Below are positions 20,644 through 29,625 of a stretch of 64,000 bases of DNA, one piece after another; the stretch's first letter is position 1; each line of letters opens with the position of its first letter. The stretch is from a virus. Its lineage: Duplodnaviria > Caudoviricetes. A program made the position numbers and the translations under genes. Location of the stretch: IMG/VR virus record IMGVR_UViG_3300042975_000096; one strand, 5' to 3'. Below the pieces are notes generated by a model. It was not told the origin of the DNA. It saw only the letters and a program-made list of their open reading frames with translations, and did not search any database.

Positions 20644-23106
20644 TTAATTCGTGCTGTTTTTGTATGTTGATGCACACAAGTCAATGGTATCAACAGTAAT
20701 TCCACCAAAACCTTTTCTACCAGTAACTTTCACAATAGCATTAACAAAAATTTCTTTCTTATTTCTTTGATAAATATTATCCCAAACAGTTAATCGTATC
20801 GTTTCTCTAGGAGTTTGAATCACAACATTTTTGAAATCTTTTCCTTTTTTTGTCTGACGATTAATAATGTTTGTAATAATACCTGCTGTCCTTGTTATTT
20901 TTCCATCAGGTATGCTATCAAATGGAGGAAGATTCTTTAATTTATCCTCTAGCGGATGTGGAATAAATGTTAATGCAAATTTTTCCATTTCTTTCAGATA
21001 TTGGGATATTTTATTTTCTTTTAAATTAACAATATCATCATATGCTTTTTCAAAAGCTATTTCCTCTTTCGTTAATTTAATTTCTGCTTTTTCTTCTTTC
21101 AATATTCCTTTAGGTTTTTTTCTAGTCTTATAAGATAAAACCGCATCTTCCTTAAATCCGAATTGCTCTAGCATTGGTGATGGTATAACTAATGTACCAT
21201 CTTTTTCATAAATTAAATCATCACCGAATTCTTCTAAATATTTACCCTTAATCAAATCTTGGGGTATTGCATAATTCGGAACAGCTTTACTGCTCTTACA
21301 TTCTAAATATTGCTTATACCAAAGCTCTTGTTGCTCACGATTCATATAAACAGCAACCGTATTTTCATCGTGTTGTTTAATCGTTAATGTTCCAATATCC
21401 TCATAATCAATAAGATTTTGGTTCACAATTAATGCAATGTTTTCAAATGCACCAATATCAATTCCAGCTTCAACGACAGCTTTTCCACCGCCTTTTCCAC
21501 CTTTATTCTTTAAGAAAAATTCTTGAAAATTAGCGAATGGTTGATTTGGCACTAAATCTTCAACTGCCTTTTCTCCAATTCCTTTTACGCATTTCAAGCC
21601 CATACGAATGACATTATTATCTATATCTTCAATTATAGATTCATACTTTGATTTTGAAATATCAGGTGGAGCAATTACAATGCCGTGTCGTTTTGCTTCT
21701 TTCATACATTCTTGTAAACTATCAACTGATTCTGTATTGAATAATGATACATAAAATACCAATGGATAGTTAGCTTTTACCCATGCTGTCCAATATGAAA
21801 TGAATGAATATGCGATAGAATGTGATTTATTGAATAGATATGCACAATTATCTAAGATTGCTTTACGAATATCTTCACAAGCTTTTCTGTCAATTCCACG
21901 TTTTACGCCTTCAGTAACAGATTTTTCCTCAAATTCTTTTACTAATTCAACATTTCCCTTTTTATTTGGCTTTTCCAACGCTCTACGATAAATATCAGCC
22001 TTACCAAAAGAAACCCCTAACAGCTCACTTATCAAAGACATAATTTGTTCCTGGTAAACGATTCCTCCCATAGTAACTGCCAAATGTTTATCCAAAATTG
22101 GATGGAATTTTCTTATTTTACTTGGGTCTTTCTTTGCAGCACAGTATTCATCCAATCCACTAGTTCCTGGGCGCACAAATGCGTTAACTGCTGAAAGTTC
22201 CTCTATGTTTCTTGGTTTTATTTTTCTAATAATATCTTTACCAATTGGAGAAGACATCTGAAAAATTCCCATGGTATCACATGAACAAATTAAATCCCAT
22301 GATTTTTTATCATCCATGGGAATATCTTCCAATTTCATATCAACCTTATAAACTTTTTTCAATACTTCCATTTGGTTATACAATGCACTAATATTTTTTA
22401 ATCGAAGTATATCTAGTTTTACTGCTCCTGCTGTTTCAACATTTTCTTTTTCAAATTGTGCCATTAATCCAACAAAACCATTAGGCGTTGGAGTAGCTTC
22501 CTCAACAGGCATTAAATCGGTTATAGGCATTGGCGTTACGCAAATACCTGCTGGATGCTGAGAATGATGTCTAGGTGCACCATATAGCTTTTCACAATGT
22601 TGAAAAACACCTTGATGTTTTGCAAAAAAAGCCTTTAATTCTTTTATTTCTAAAAGCTCTTTGAATTCCTTAAAATCTTTTCCATCCTTTGGAACAAATT
22701 TAGTAATTGCATTAACTTCTGAAATTGGGACTTCAAATGCTCGACTAACGTCTTTAATTATTGCTCTTGCTTGCAAATTAGAAAATGTAATGATATTACA
22801 ACAATGGTCTTTACCATATAATTTATTTAAATGTTCAAAAACCTGTGAACCTTTAAAAATGCAAAAATCCGAATCAATATCAGGCAAATGTCCTCTATCT
22901 GCATTTAGAAAACGGTCAAAAATCAAATCATACTTCATAGGATTAACCTGCGTAATATTCAAAGCATAATTAACTAATGACCCTGCACCACTATTATGAA
23001 CAATTAGTCCATCAATATTATACGAATGCGCATCTTCAACAGTTAAATCATATACTTTTCCTTTATATGAGGAAATTTCTTTTTTCGTTATTTGTTTAAA
23101 TTTCAA
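20644..23106 (-). CDS. dnaE: DNA polymerase III alpha, C-terminal half, with N-terminal split-intein C fragment
   Basis: First 38 aa end VYDLTVEDAHSYNIDGLIVHN, then SGAGSLV; catalytic PDIDSDF, HPAG, KLDIL, YQEQIM, FNKSHS, OB-fold C-terminus. Confidence 0.95.
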   Translation of the reverse strand: MKFKQITKKEISSYKGKVYDLTVEDAHSYNIDGLIVHNSGAGSLVNYALNITQVNPMKYDLIFDRFLNADRGHLPDIDSDFCIFKGSQVFEHLNKLYGKDHCCNIITFSNLQARAIIKDVSRAFEVPISEVNAITKFVPKDGKDFKEFKELLEIKELKAFFAKHQGVFQHCEKLYGAPRHHSQHPAGICVTPMPITDLMPVEEATPTPNGFVGLMAQFEKENVETAGAVKLDILRLKNISALYNQMEVLKKVYKVDMKLEDIPMDDKKSWDLICSCDTMGIFQMSSPIGKDIIRKIKPRNIEELSAVNAFVRPGTSGLDEYCAAKKDPSKIRKFHPILDKHLAVTMGGIVYQEQIMSLISELLGVSFGKADIYRRALEKPNKKGNVELVKEFEEKSVTEGVKRGIDRKACEDIRKAILDNCAYLFNKSHSIAYSFISYWTAWVKANYPLVFYVSLFNTESVDSLQECMKEAKRHGIVIAPPDISKSKYESIIEDIDNNVIRMGLKCVKGIGEKAVEDLVPNQPFANFQEFFLKNKGGKGGGKAVVEAGIDIGAFENIALIVNQNLIDYEDIGTLTIKQHDENTVAVYMNREQQELWYKQYLECKSSKAVPNYAIPQDLIKGKYLEEFGDDLIYEKDGTLVIPSPMLEQFGFKEDAVLSYKTRKKPKGILKEEKAEIKLTKEEIAFEKAYDDIVNLKENKISQYLKEMEKFALTFIPHPLEDKLKNLPPFDSIPDGKITRTAGIITNIINRQTKKGKDFKNVVIQTPRETIRLTVWDNIYQRNKKEIFVNAIVKVTGRKGFGGITVDTIDLCASTYKNSTN
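22993..23106 (-). other. Split intein C fragment (IntC, 38 aa)
   Basis: Block F VYDLTV and block G terminal HN followed by a Ser +1 nucleophile; basic N-terminal part. Confidence 0.9.
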
Positions 23107-23129
23107 TAATCTTCCCCCTTTATATATTT

Positions 23130-23159
23130 AGTATATTGCATTTTCTGTTTTTTTGTCTA
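23130..23159 (-). promoter_or_regulatory. Sigma-A-like promoter for dnaE-C
   Basis: TAGACA-18 nt-TATACT upstream of the GGGGA RBS and TTG start. Confidence 0.55.
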
Positions 23160-23161
23160 GT

Positions 23162-23458
23162 TATTGGATTCACGCACCCGTACAGGGTGCGACGAGATGG
23201 TACAACTGAAGAAGTTAGTACCTTATGTGTTTCAATTCACGCACCTCTGCGAGGTGCGACTCTGACATGATTAAAAAATCTAAAGCATTGCAAATTTCAA
23301 TTCACGCACCTCTGCGAGGTGCGACTGACGGAGACAAAATAAATTATAGCCGTTGGTCAATTTCAATTCACGCACCTCTGCGAGGTGCGACGTTGGATAT
23401 CCTGCCCTGTCTTACCCTCTGCCACTATTTCAATTCACGCACCTCTGCGAGGTGCGAC
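23162..23458 (-). CRISPR. Type I-C-like CRISPR mini-array 1 (5 repeats, 4 spacers of 35/33/34/35 nt)
   Basis: 32-nt repeat GTCGCACCTCGCAGAGGTGCGTGAATTGAAAT (minus strand) at 23229, 23294, 23360, 23427, plus a degenerate trailer repeat at 23162. Confidence 0.95.
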
Positions 23459-23658
23459 AACACACATGCCAAAGCCTTGCTACGCAAGGGCTGAAATGGC
23501 ACTTTGTGCGAACCCCTAACTATTTTACAAAATTCGTTTACATTTCCCCATGTAAACCTCAATGAACCCTGTAAAACAAAGAGGTGCGAAGCACCTAGTG
23601 TTTTTCTGTTCACTTATGCTTCGCACTTATTATAACATTTTATCCATTCATTTGTCAA
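23459..23658 (-). promoter_or_regulatory. CRISPR leader 1 with sigma-A promoter
   Basis: Near-identical to 25274-25473 and 33450-33649; TTGACA-18-TATAAT with TG extension at 23629-23658. Confidence 0.9.
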
Positions 23659-23748
23659 GCTGATTATCTCAAAATAACCATAGCATCAATAAAAATTATG
23701 ATTATTCAACTCTGTTAATTCTTTTTTTCTTAATATATTACATATCCA

Positions 23749-23985
23749 TTAACAATCCCCTCCGCAATCTCCACCGTCGAATCCACCATATCCACCGTCA
23801 AAGCCACCGCCATTAAGTCCAACATCACCAGTTGGATAATCTGTACCTTGACCTTGATTAGGATTATCTAAGTTAAAATCTACGTTATTAATATTATTAT
23901 CTCCATAGCCCCAATACCATGGCAAACCATAATATGCATGATAAGGCGAACCTGGAAATTTAACCAATCTTTTTTTTGTTGCCAT
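23749..23985 (-). CDS. Small aromatic/Gly-rich low-complexity protein
   Basis: 78 aa, RBS AGGTGG, N-terminal KKRL, GGFDGG repeats. Confidence 0.6.
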   Translation of the reverse strand: MATKKRLVKFPGSPYHAYYGLPWYWGYGDNNINNVDFNLDNPNQGQGTDYPTGDVGLNGGGFDGGYGGFDGGDCGGDC

Positions 23986-23989
23986 TTTA

Positions 23990-24280
23990 TTACCACCTAA
24001 TATTTAATTTGTTCTTATTTCTTGTTACTTCATATAACGAATCCTTCAATGCACGTACAATTGAATTTACATTTTTTTCATCTTCCACAAAATAAAATAT
24101 CTGATGTTTACTTTTGTTATTTAAAATAGCCAATGTGATTTCATTCAATTCTTTAGTGAACGAATCAGTTGAATTTACTTGTTCAGCAGAAATAATATAT
24201 ATTGGCACTTGTGTTTCCCATTGCATATTATTTTTACCTATATCATAGCCAACATTTTCAAAATTAAAATCAAACATCAT
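23990..24280 (-). CDS. Hypothetical protein
   Basis: 96-aa ORF with RBS AAAGGA. Confidence 0.55.
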   Translation of the reverse strand: MMFDFNFENVGYDIGKNNMQWETQVPIYIISAEQVNSTDSFTKELNEITLAILNNKSKHQIFYFVEDEKNVNSIVRALKDSLYEVTRNKNKLNIRW

Positions 24281-24319
24281 TTTGGGTTTTCCTTTCTTTT
24301 TATATAGTATATTAAAATT

Positions 24320-24982
24320 TTATATACTATTTCTTTTGCCATAAATATCTTTTACTTTATATTTTCGCAATTCTTCATCTAATTCAGCAGAACCCTGAAA
24401 AAATGGATATGCATACTTATCAGGAATATATAAATTTTTCTTAAACCAATCCACGCACATAAACGTATCTGATTTAATAAATTCTTCATATTGTGTATAA
24501 TTTCGATTACACAACATTCCATTAAGAATATCCATACCTGGTACTGCTAATTTTGATTGAATTGCATACATTTTATTTAATATTTTCATTTTATTTATAT
24601 CTTTTGATATTTTATACATTCTCCATAATCTATTCTCATCATTCTTGCCATTAACATAAACAAAATCATGAAAATACGAATGCATACCTAATTCAAATCC
24701 ATGATTATTTAATAAATCTTCTATTTCATATATATTTAAAAATTGATTATTACCATTTATTCGATAATCCCATTGATAATACACCTCTGACGGCTCTTCT
24801 TTTCTTTTAGTAAAAGAAACATATGTTGGAACAATAAATATTATTTTTTTACAATCAATTTTATCCAATTCATATCTATATTTAAAAACATTATAGTGAG
24901 CATCATCAAACGTCAATACATCATTTTTTTCTATTTTTCTATTAAATATTTTAGCCACATCATCATGAATACAAAAAATCAT
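24320..24982 (-). CDS. Polysaccharide deacetylase (NodB/CE4)-like protein
   Basis: LTFDD, ELGMHSYFH, YAYPF motifs. Confidence 0.75.
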   Translation of the reverse strand: MIFCIHDDVAKIFNRKIEKNDVLTFDDAHYNVFKYRYELDKIDCKKIIFIVPTYVSFTKRKEEPSEVYYQWDYRINGNNQFLNIYEIEDLLNNHGFELGMHSYFHDFVYVNGKNDENRLWRMYKISKDINKMKILNKMYAIQSKLAVPGMDILNGMLCNRNYTQYEEFIKSDTFMCVDWFKKNLYIPDKYAYPFFQGSAELDEELRKYKVKDIYGKRNSI

Positions 24983-25047
24983 ATCACCACAACTCCTTCT
25001 ACTAGTATAATATGATTTTTACAATTAATTTATTCATTTTCTTTATT

Positions 25048-25273
25048 TATTTTATTCACGCACCCGTATGGGTGCGACCGAAATGGATGCAGACCATGTA
25101 ACGGCATGGAGTATTTCAATTCACGCACCTCGCAGAGGTGCGACATTATGATTTTTCGCATCAAGTCAAGGTGTATATTTCAATTCACGCACCTCTGCGA
25201 GGTGCGACACGCCCTATAAAAAATCAAAAATGTGTTATGACATTTCAATTCACGCACCTCTGCGAGGTGCGAC
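25048..25273 (-). CRISPR. Type I-C-like CRISPR mini-array 2 (4 repeats, 3 spacers of 34/32/33 nt)
   Basis: Repeats at 25113, 25177, 25242 plus a degenerate trailer ending at 25078. Confidence 0.95.
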
Positions 25274-25473
25274 AGCACACATGCCAAAGCCTTGCTACGC
25301 AAGGGCTGAAATGGCATTTTGTGCGAACCCCTAACTATTTTACAAAATTCATTGACATTTCCCCATGTAAACCTCAATGAACCCTGTAAAACAAAGGGGT
25401 GCGAAGCACCTAGTGTTTTTCTGTTCACTTATGCTTCGCACTTATTATATCATTTAATTTATTATTTTGTCAA
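25274..25473 (-). promoter_or_regulatory. CRISPR leader 2 with sigma-A promoter
   Basis: Copy of leader 1; TTGACA-18-TATAAT at 25444-25473. Confidence 0.9.
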
Positions 25474-25481
25474 GTGGTTTT

Positions 25482-25733
25482 TTATTCAAATGAAAATCCT
25501 TTAACATTATTTTCTTCATCACAAATAGCATTTATAATTTCTTTAATGTTTTCTTTTTGTTCTGTATATACGCTACTTTTCATTTTGGAAGCACCATCAC
25601 CATCAACAAAAACAGGAAATTTTGCAGAATGACCCACTCTACCTAAATGTTCCATATATAACAACATTAAATCAATTTGTTCTAGCTGTTCTTTTGTTCC
25701 AACAACTTCATAAGTTTTCTTATATTGTTGCAT
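25482..25733 (-). CDS. Hypothetical protein
   Basis: Likely start MQQYKK with RBS AAGGA; GRVGHS...VDGDG motif. Confidence 0.55.
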   Translation of the reverse strand: MQQYKKTYEVVGTKEQLEQIDLMLLYMEHLGRVGHSAKFPVFVDGDGASKMKSSVYTEQKENIKEIINAICDEENNVKGFSFE

Positions 25734-25749
25734 AACTGTATTTCCTTTC

Positions 25750-26526
25750 TTACCAACCACCAGAAGCTCCACCGCCACCAGAGCTTCCTCCACCAAATCC
25801 GTCTCCGTCATCTCCATCTCCAATGCAAGATAGAAGAACGTTAAATATTACTTCTAGCAATCCAGTCTTTGCTAAGAAAATAATTGCAATAATTACTAAA
25901 ACGCCTATTCCACATTGTTCAATTAAAGTTAAAGATAATATAAATAAAACCAAATCGCCTAGAAATCCACCACTTATCGGAACACTTTCTTGAAACGTTT
26001 CTCTTTCCGGTTGCACCTCGCCATATTCTTCATATGTCATTCCAACCAAATCTTGATAAACTGTAAAGACTCCTTCGGAAAATTTATTATCTTTAAAATA
26101 CGGGGCTAATTTTTGAAGTTCTTCTCCTGCCATACCATCAGTTATTTTACCTTCCATTCCATAACCAATTTCTATGCGGAATTTTTTATCATTTTTAGAG
26201 ATAAGCAATAATATTCCATTATTCTTATCTTTGCTACCTATTCCCCATTGTCTAAATAATTCATTTGAATATGATTCAATATCAGAACCATTTAATGAAT
26301 CTACCGTTACAACAACAATTTGCGCATGATGCTTATTGTCTAATTCTTTTCCCATTGCCAATATTTTCTTCTTGCATTCATCATTTAACATATGTGCATT
26401 GTCTTGAACATAAATATCACTTTTTGGTTTATCAGGATATTTTATTGTACCATTATTATTCCCACAGCCAACCAATATAGCCATAATCATTGCGCACAAC
26501 AATACACAATATACAAATTTTCTCAA
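25750..26526 (-). CDS. TPM-domain (YgcG-like) membrane lipoprotein
   Basis: Lipobox LVGC, VQDNAHML, WGIGSKDKNNGILLLI, RIEIGYGMEG, TM helix, FGGGSSGGGGASGGW tail. Confidence 0.9.
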   Translation of the reverse strand: MRKFVYCVLLCAMIMAILVGCGNNNGTIKYPDKPKSDIYVQDNAHMLNDECKKKILAMGKELDNKHHAQIVVVTVDSLNGSDIESYSNELFRQWGIGSKDKNNGILLLISKNDKKFRIEIGYGMEGKITDGMAGEELQKLAPYFKDNKFSEGVFTVYQDLVGMTYEEYGEVQPERETFQESVPISGGFLGDLVLFILSLTLIEQCGIGVLVIIAIIFLAKTGLLEVIFNVLLSCIGDGDDGDGFGGGSSGGGGASGGW

Positions 26527-26595
26527 ATTTATTCACCTTTGCTTATAAATATAGCTATTGCACACATGTACAATAGCTATATTTGTTTTATTTAA

Positions 26596-27153
26596 TTAGA
26601 ATTCAACCTTTGGTGCGGATTTTGCATTATCATCTGCTTTAAATTGTTCCATCGTCTGGAATCCAAATACATTAGCAAACATATTCCCCGGGAATGTAGT
26701 AACCTTCAGGTTATAATTTCTAACAGCCCCAACATAATCCTTACGTGCCACAGCAATACGGTTTTCTGTACCTGCAAGCTCATTCATAAGCTGAGTATAC
26801 TGTTTATCAGCCTTCAAGTTTGGATAGTTTTCCACAACCATCATGAGTCTAGACAATGCGCCATTCAGTTCTGTATTTGCTTCATCCTTCTGAACAGGTG
26901 TTTGTGCAGAACCCATTTTGGCTCTTGCATCTGCAACTGCCTGAATTGCCTTTTCCTCATGAACTGAATATCCCTTAACAGTGTTTACCAAATTAGGAAT
27001 CAAGTCATAACGGCGTTGCATTTGATTTTCTACCTGTGACCATTGTGTGTCCACATTGACTTTAGAACTTTGCATTCCGTTATACTCTCCCACACAAAAC
27101 AATGCAAGAACTACAAATACTCCTGCAATAATCCATTTCATTTGTTTGCTCAT
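26596..27153 (-). CDS. lemA: LemA family protein
   Basis: QRRYDLIPNLV, ENYPNLKA, ELAGTENRIAVAR, FPGNMFA. Confidence 0.95.
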   Translation of the reverse strand: MSKQMKWIIAGVFVVLALFCVGEYNGMQSSKVNVDTQWSQVENQMQRRYDLIPNLVNTVKGYSVHEEKAIQAVADARAKMGSAQTPVQKDEANTELNGALSRLMMVVENYPNLKADKQYTQLMNELAGTENRIAVARKDYVGAVRNYNLKVTTFPGNMFANVFGFQTMEQFKADDNAKSAPKVEF

Positions 27154-27515
27154 TTTTTCAAATCTCCTTCAAAACTTTTTTTATCTTTAGTTTCACGAAT
27201 GCCATTAATAATTTGCTGTGAAACACGAGTCATTTTATCCACAATTTCAAGCAACTCATCTTCATTATCAGAACAATAAAAATTATTCTGTTTCATTTGA
27301 TATTCATTATGTTTCATATATGTTTCTAAAGTCAATAATTCACGTTTAAATGATTGAATATTATAATTTAATCCCAAAAGAGATTTGTTATAAACCTGTC
27401 CAACTTCCCGTGCAAGTCCTTTACACAACGTTTCAGACATTTGCTTATTAACAAACTCATCGTTTTCTTTTTCAACGTCAATTCCTTCTGGTGGTAAAAC
27501 AATTTTCATATCCAT
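27150..27515 (-). CDS. Hypothetical protein
   Basis: 121-aa ORF with RBS AAGGAG. Confidence 0.6.
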   Translation of the reverse strand: MDMKIVLPPEGIDVEKENDEFVNKQMSETLCKGLAREVGQVYNKSLLGLNYNIQSFKRELLTLETYMKHNEYQMKQNNFYCSDNEDELLEIVDKMTRVSQQIINGIRETKDKKSFEGDLKK

Positions 27516-27608
27516 GTTAAACTCTCCTTTTTTTATATTAATTATTATATTAAAATTGAAAAAACAATTTTAATTTCCTTTTTATTATATGATATATTTT
27601 CAATTTTA

Positions 27609-28025
27609 TCAATCAAAAATATTACCAATAACATTAATAGCATGGTTTGCAACATAACATTTCAAATAATCTCTACTACCATCTTCAAATTCAATATCAA
27701 AGCACCCATCATTGAATTTTACAATCCCATTATATTTTTTCAAATAACAGCTAACAATATCATTTTCATAAATAAGTTTATGATTATTATCAGCCATATC
27801 TGAACACATACATACTGTATCACCATCAACTTCTGCACGAAGATGCTGATTGGGTAAATTCCAATCAGTCATTGAATCGTAAACAATATAATGTTTTTTA
27901 TTGTTTTTTCTTTCTTCTTCTGAAATTTCATCCTCAAAACAAAATGTTGTTTCCTCTAAACAAATATAATATCCAGTTACAAAATGTTCGGAATCTATCA
28001 ACTTAGCTCTCGCTTTTAACACCAT
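27609..28025 (-). CDS. YopX-family phage protein
   Basis: LKARAK...V.GYY, DNNHKLIYENDIV, C-terminal VIGNIFD; likely start at 28025. Confidence 0.8.
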   Translation of the reverse strand: MVLKARAKLIDSEHFVTGYYICLEETTFCFEDEISEEERKNNKKHYIVYDSMTDWNLPNQHLRAEVDGDTVCMCSDMADNNHKLIYENDIVSCYLKKYNGIVKFNDGCFDIEFEDGSRDYLKCYVANHAINVIGNIFD

Positions 28026-29085
28026 ACTCGCCACCTTTTTTAAGAATAGCATTTTGCAATGATACAGGTGATATTGGTAATGGTAAATCTTCCAATACGG
28101 AATAATCACAATCATAAGCATTACACATTTTTTTCGCCAAATCAATATCTAAATATGACATTTCAAATGTATAATCAAATCTTCCAGGGCGCACTAATGC
28201 TTTATCTAATTCATCAAATCGATTTGTAGTTGCAACAAAAATGCAATTAGTTGGTGATAATGCACCATCTAAAACATTTAATAACGTTTGCATAATATCG
28301 TTCTTATCATTATCTCTATCCGTTACCAAACAATCAATATCCTCAATCAAATAAACCGTTTTGTCACTAACCAAAGAAGAATATGATAATTTCTTATCTT
28401 TTACAGATATATATTCAATATTCCAATTCAGATAAGAAGCAATTGCTCGTGCCATAGATGATTTTCCAGTACCAGGTTTACCATAAAACAAAAATCCCAA
28501 CTTATATGTGATTCCATGTTGAACATAAAAACTTTTTTTGTTTTTCCACTCATCCAAAATATTTTTTATTTCGTCTGTGTGCTGTGTAAACACATCATTT
28601 ATATTACGTTTCAATGCCCAAATCCATCCAATATCACTTTTTATAATGATACTATTTTCTTTCCCTGGAAGTTTATCGCTTAAATATTCTTTATAACCAG
28701 CTAAATATTTGTTTTTATTTTTTCCTATGATTTGGAGTTTTATCGAATATATTACTGAATATGCACTAGCTTTATCTAAGATTGTACTGTCAACAATAGC
28801 AAACGTTAAACCATCCAATTTCATATAATATGTACCTGTTGCTAAAACTACACCAGCCAAACAATTTCTAGAATATCGCACATGTCGTTTTAAGCTATTT
28901 GAGCCATTTACAGAAAAAACCCAATCCATTGAATTACTGTATATTTCCCCTTCTTCTGAACAAAACTGTATAGTAGAAGAGTTTAATTGAACTAAAACAC
29001 TGAATAATTTAGATGGAATATCTTTTAAAATAAATCCAAAGTAACCAAACAATGCAACAATTACACCTTGACTTAAAAAATCCAT
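28003..29085 (-). CDS. BCS1-like membrane-anchored AAA+ ATPase
   Basis: N-terminal TM segment, GFLFYGKPGTGKSS, LIEDID, LLNVLDG, LDKALVRPGRFD. Confidence 0.85.
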   Translation of the reverse strand: MDFLSQGVIVALFGYFGFILKDIPSKLFSVLVQLNSSTIQFCSEEGEIYSNSMDWVFSVNGSNSLKRHVRYSRNCLAGVVLATGTYYMKLDGLTFAIVDSTILDKASAYSVIYSIKLQIIGKNKNKYLAGYKEYLSDKLPGKENSIIIKSDIGWIWALKRNINDVFTQHTDEIKNILDEWKNKKSFYVQHGITYKLGFLFYGKPGTGKSSMARAIASYLNWNIEYISVKDKKLSYSSLVSDKTVYLIEDIDCLVTDRDNDKNDIMQTLLNVLDGALSPTNCIFVATTNRFDELDKALVRPGRFDYTFEMSYLDIDLAKKMCNAYDCDYSVLEDLPLPISPVSLQNAILKKGGEYGVKSES

Positions 29086-29099
29086 TTAATTTTCCCCTT

Positions 29100-29597
29100 C
29101 TACTCATTCTTATTTTTGATGAAATTTATAATTCTATCGACATCTTCTCTTTTCTTACCGAAAGAATACAAAATATTTTTTAACGTATTAATCTTTACTT
29201 CTGGATTCTTTTTATCCGAATCAATCCCAACATCAACGAATTGAATATTTATGTTTGTTAGAATTGACTTGTCAACGTTTTTAAAAAATAAATTTTTATC
29301 ATTAAATTCAATGGGGAATTCATTTTTCAAAAAACAAAAAATCGTATCCAATCTTTTGTTTCCATCTAAAATGATAAATTTATTATGTTTATCTTTATGG
29401 TAAAAAATAGGAACGTTAGGAAATCCTAAAAATAATGATTGAATATATGATTTTTTATTTTCTAAATCAAAAAATGTATCAGAATAAATTACAGAATTGT
29501 AATTATTTATCATTGATTTCAATTTAATCAAATTCATTTCTTCCGTATTATTAATGATTTTTCCCATTTTGGTTTTATAATCAATATCCGAAAACAT
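29100..29597 (-). CDS. Stand-alone DUF262 (ParB-like) domain protein
   Basis: YIQSLFLGFP.PIF and ILDGNKRL.TI..F (DGQQR variant). Confidence 0.7.
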   Translation of the reverse strand: MFSDIDYKTKMGKIINNTEEMNLIKLKSMINNYNSVIYSDTFFDLENKKSYIQSLFLGFPNVPIFYHKDKHNKFIILDGNKRLDTIFCFLKNEFPIEFNDKNLFFKNVDKSILTNINIQFVDVGIDSDKKNPEVKINTLKNILYSFGKKREDVDRIINFIKNKNE

Positions 29598-29625
29598 AAT
29601 ACATTTCCCCCATTTTCATAAATGT

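Noticed and set aside
23225-23613. ORFs over array 1 and leader (also 25138-25504 and 33328-33604)
   Set aside because: Translations of CRISPR repeats and leaders, no RBS; their similarity just reflects the duplicated leader
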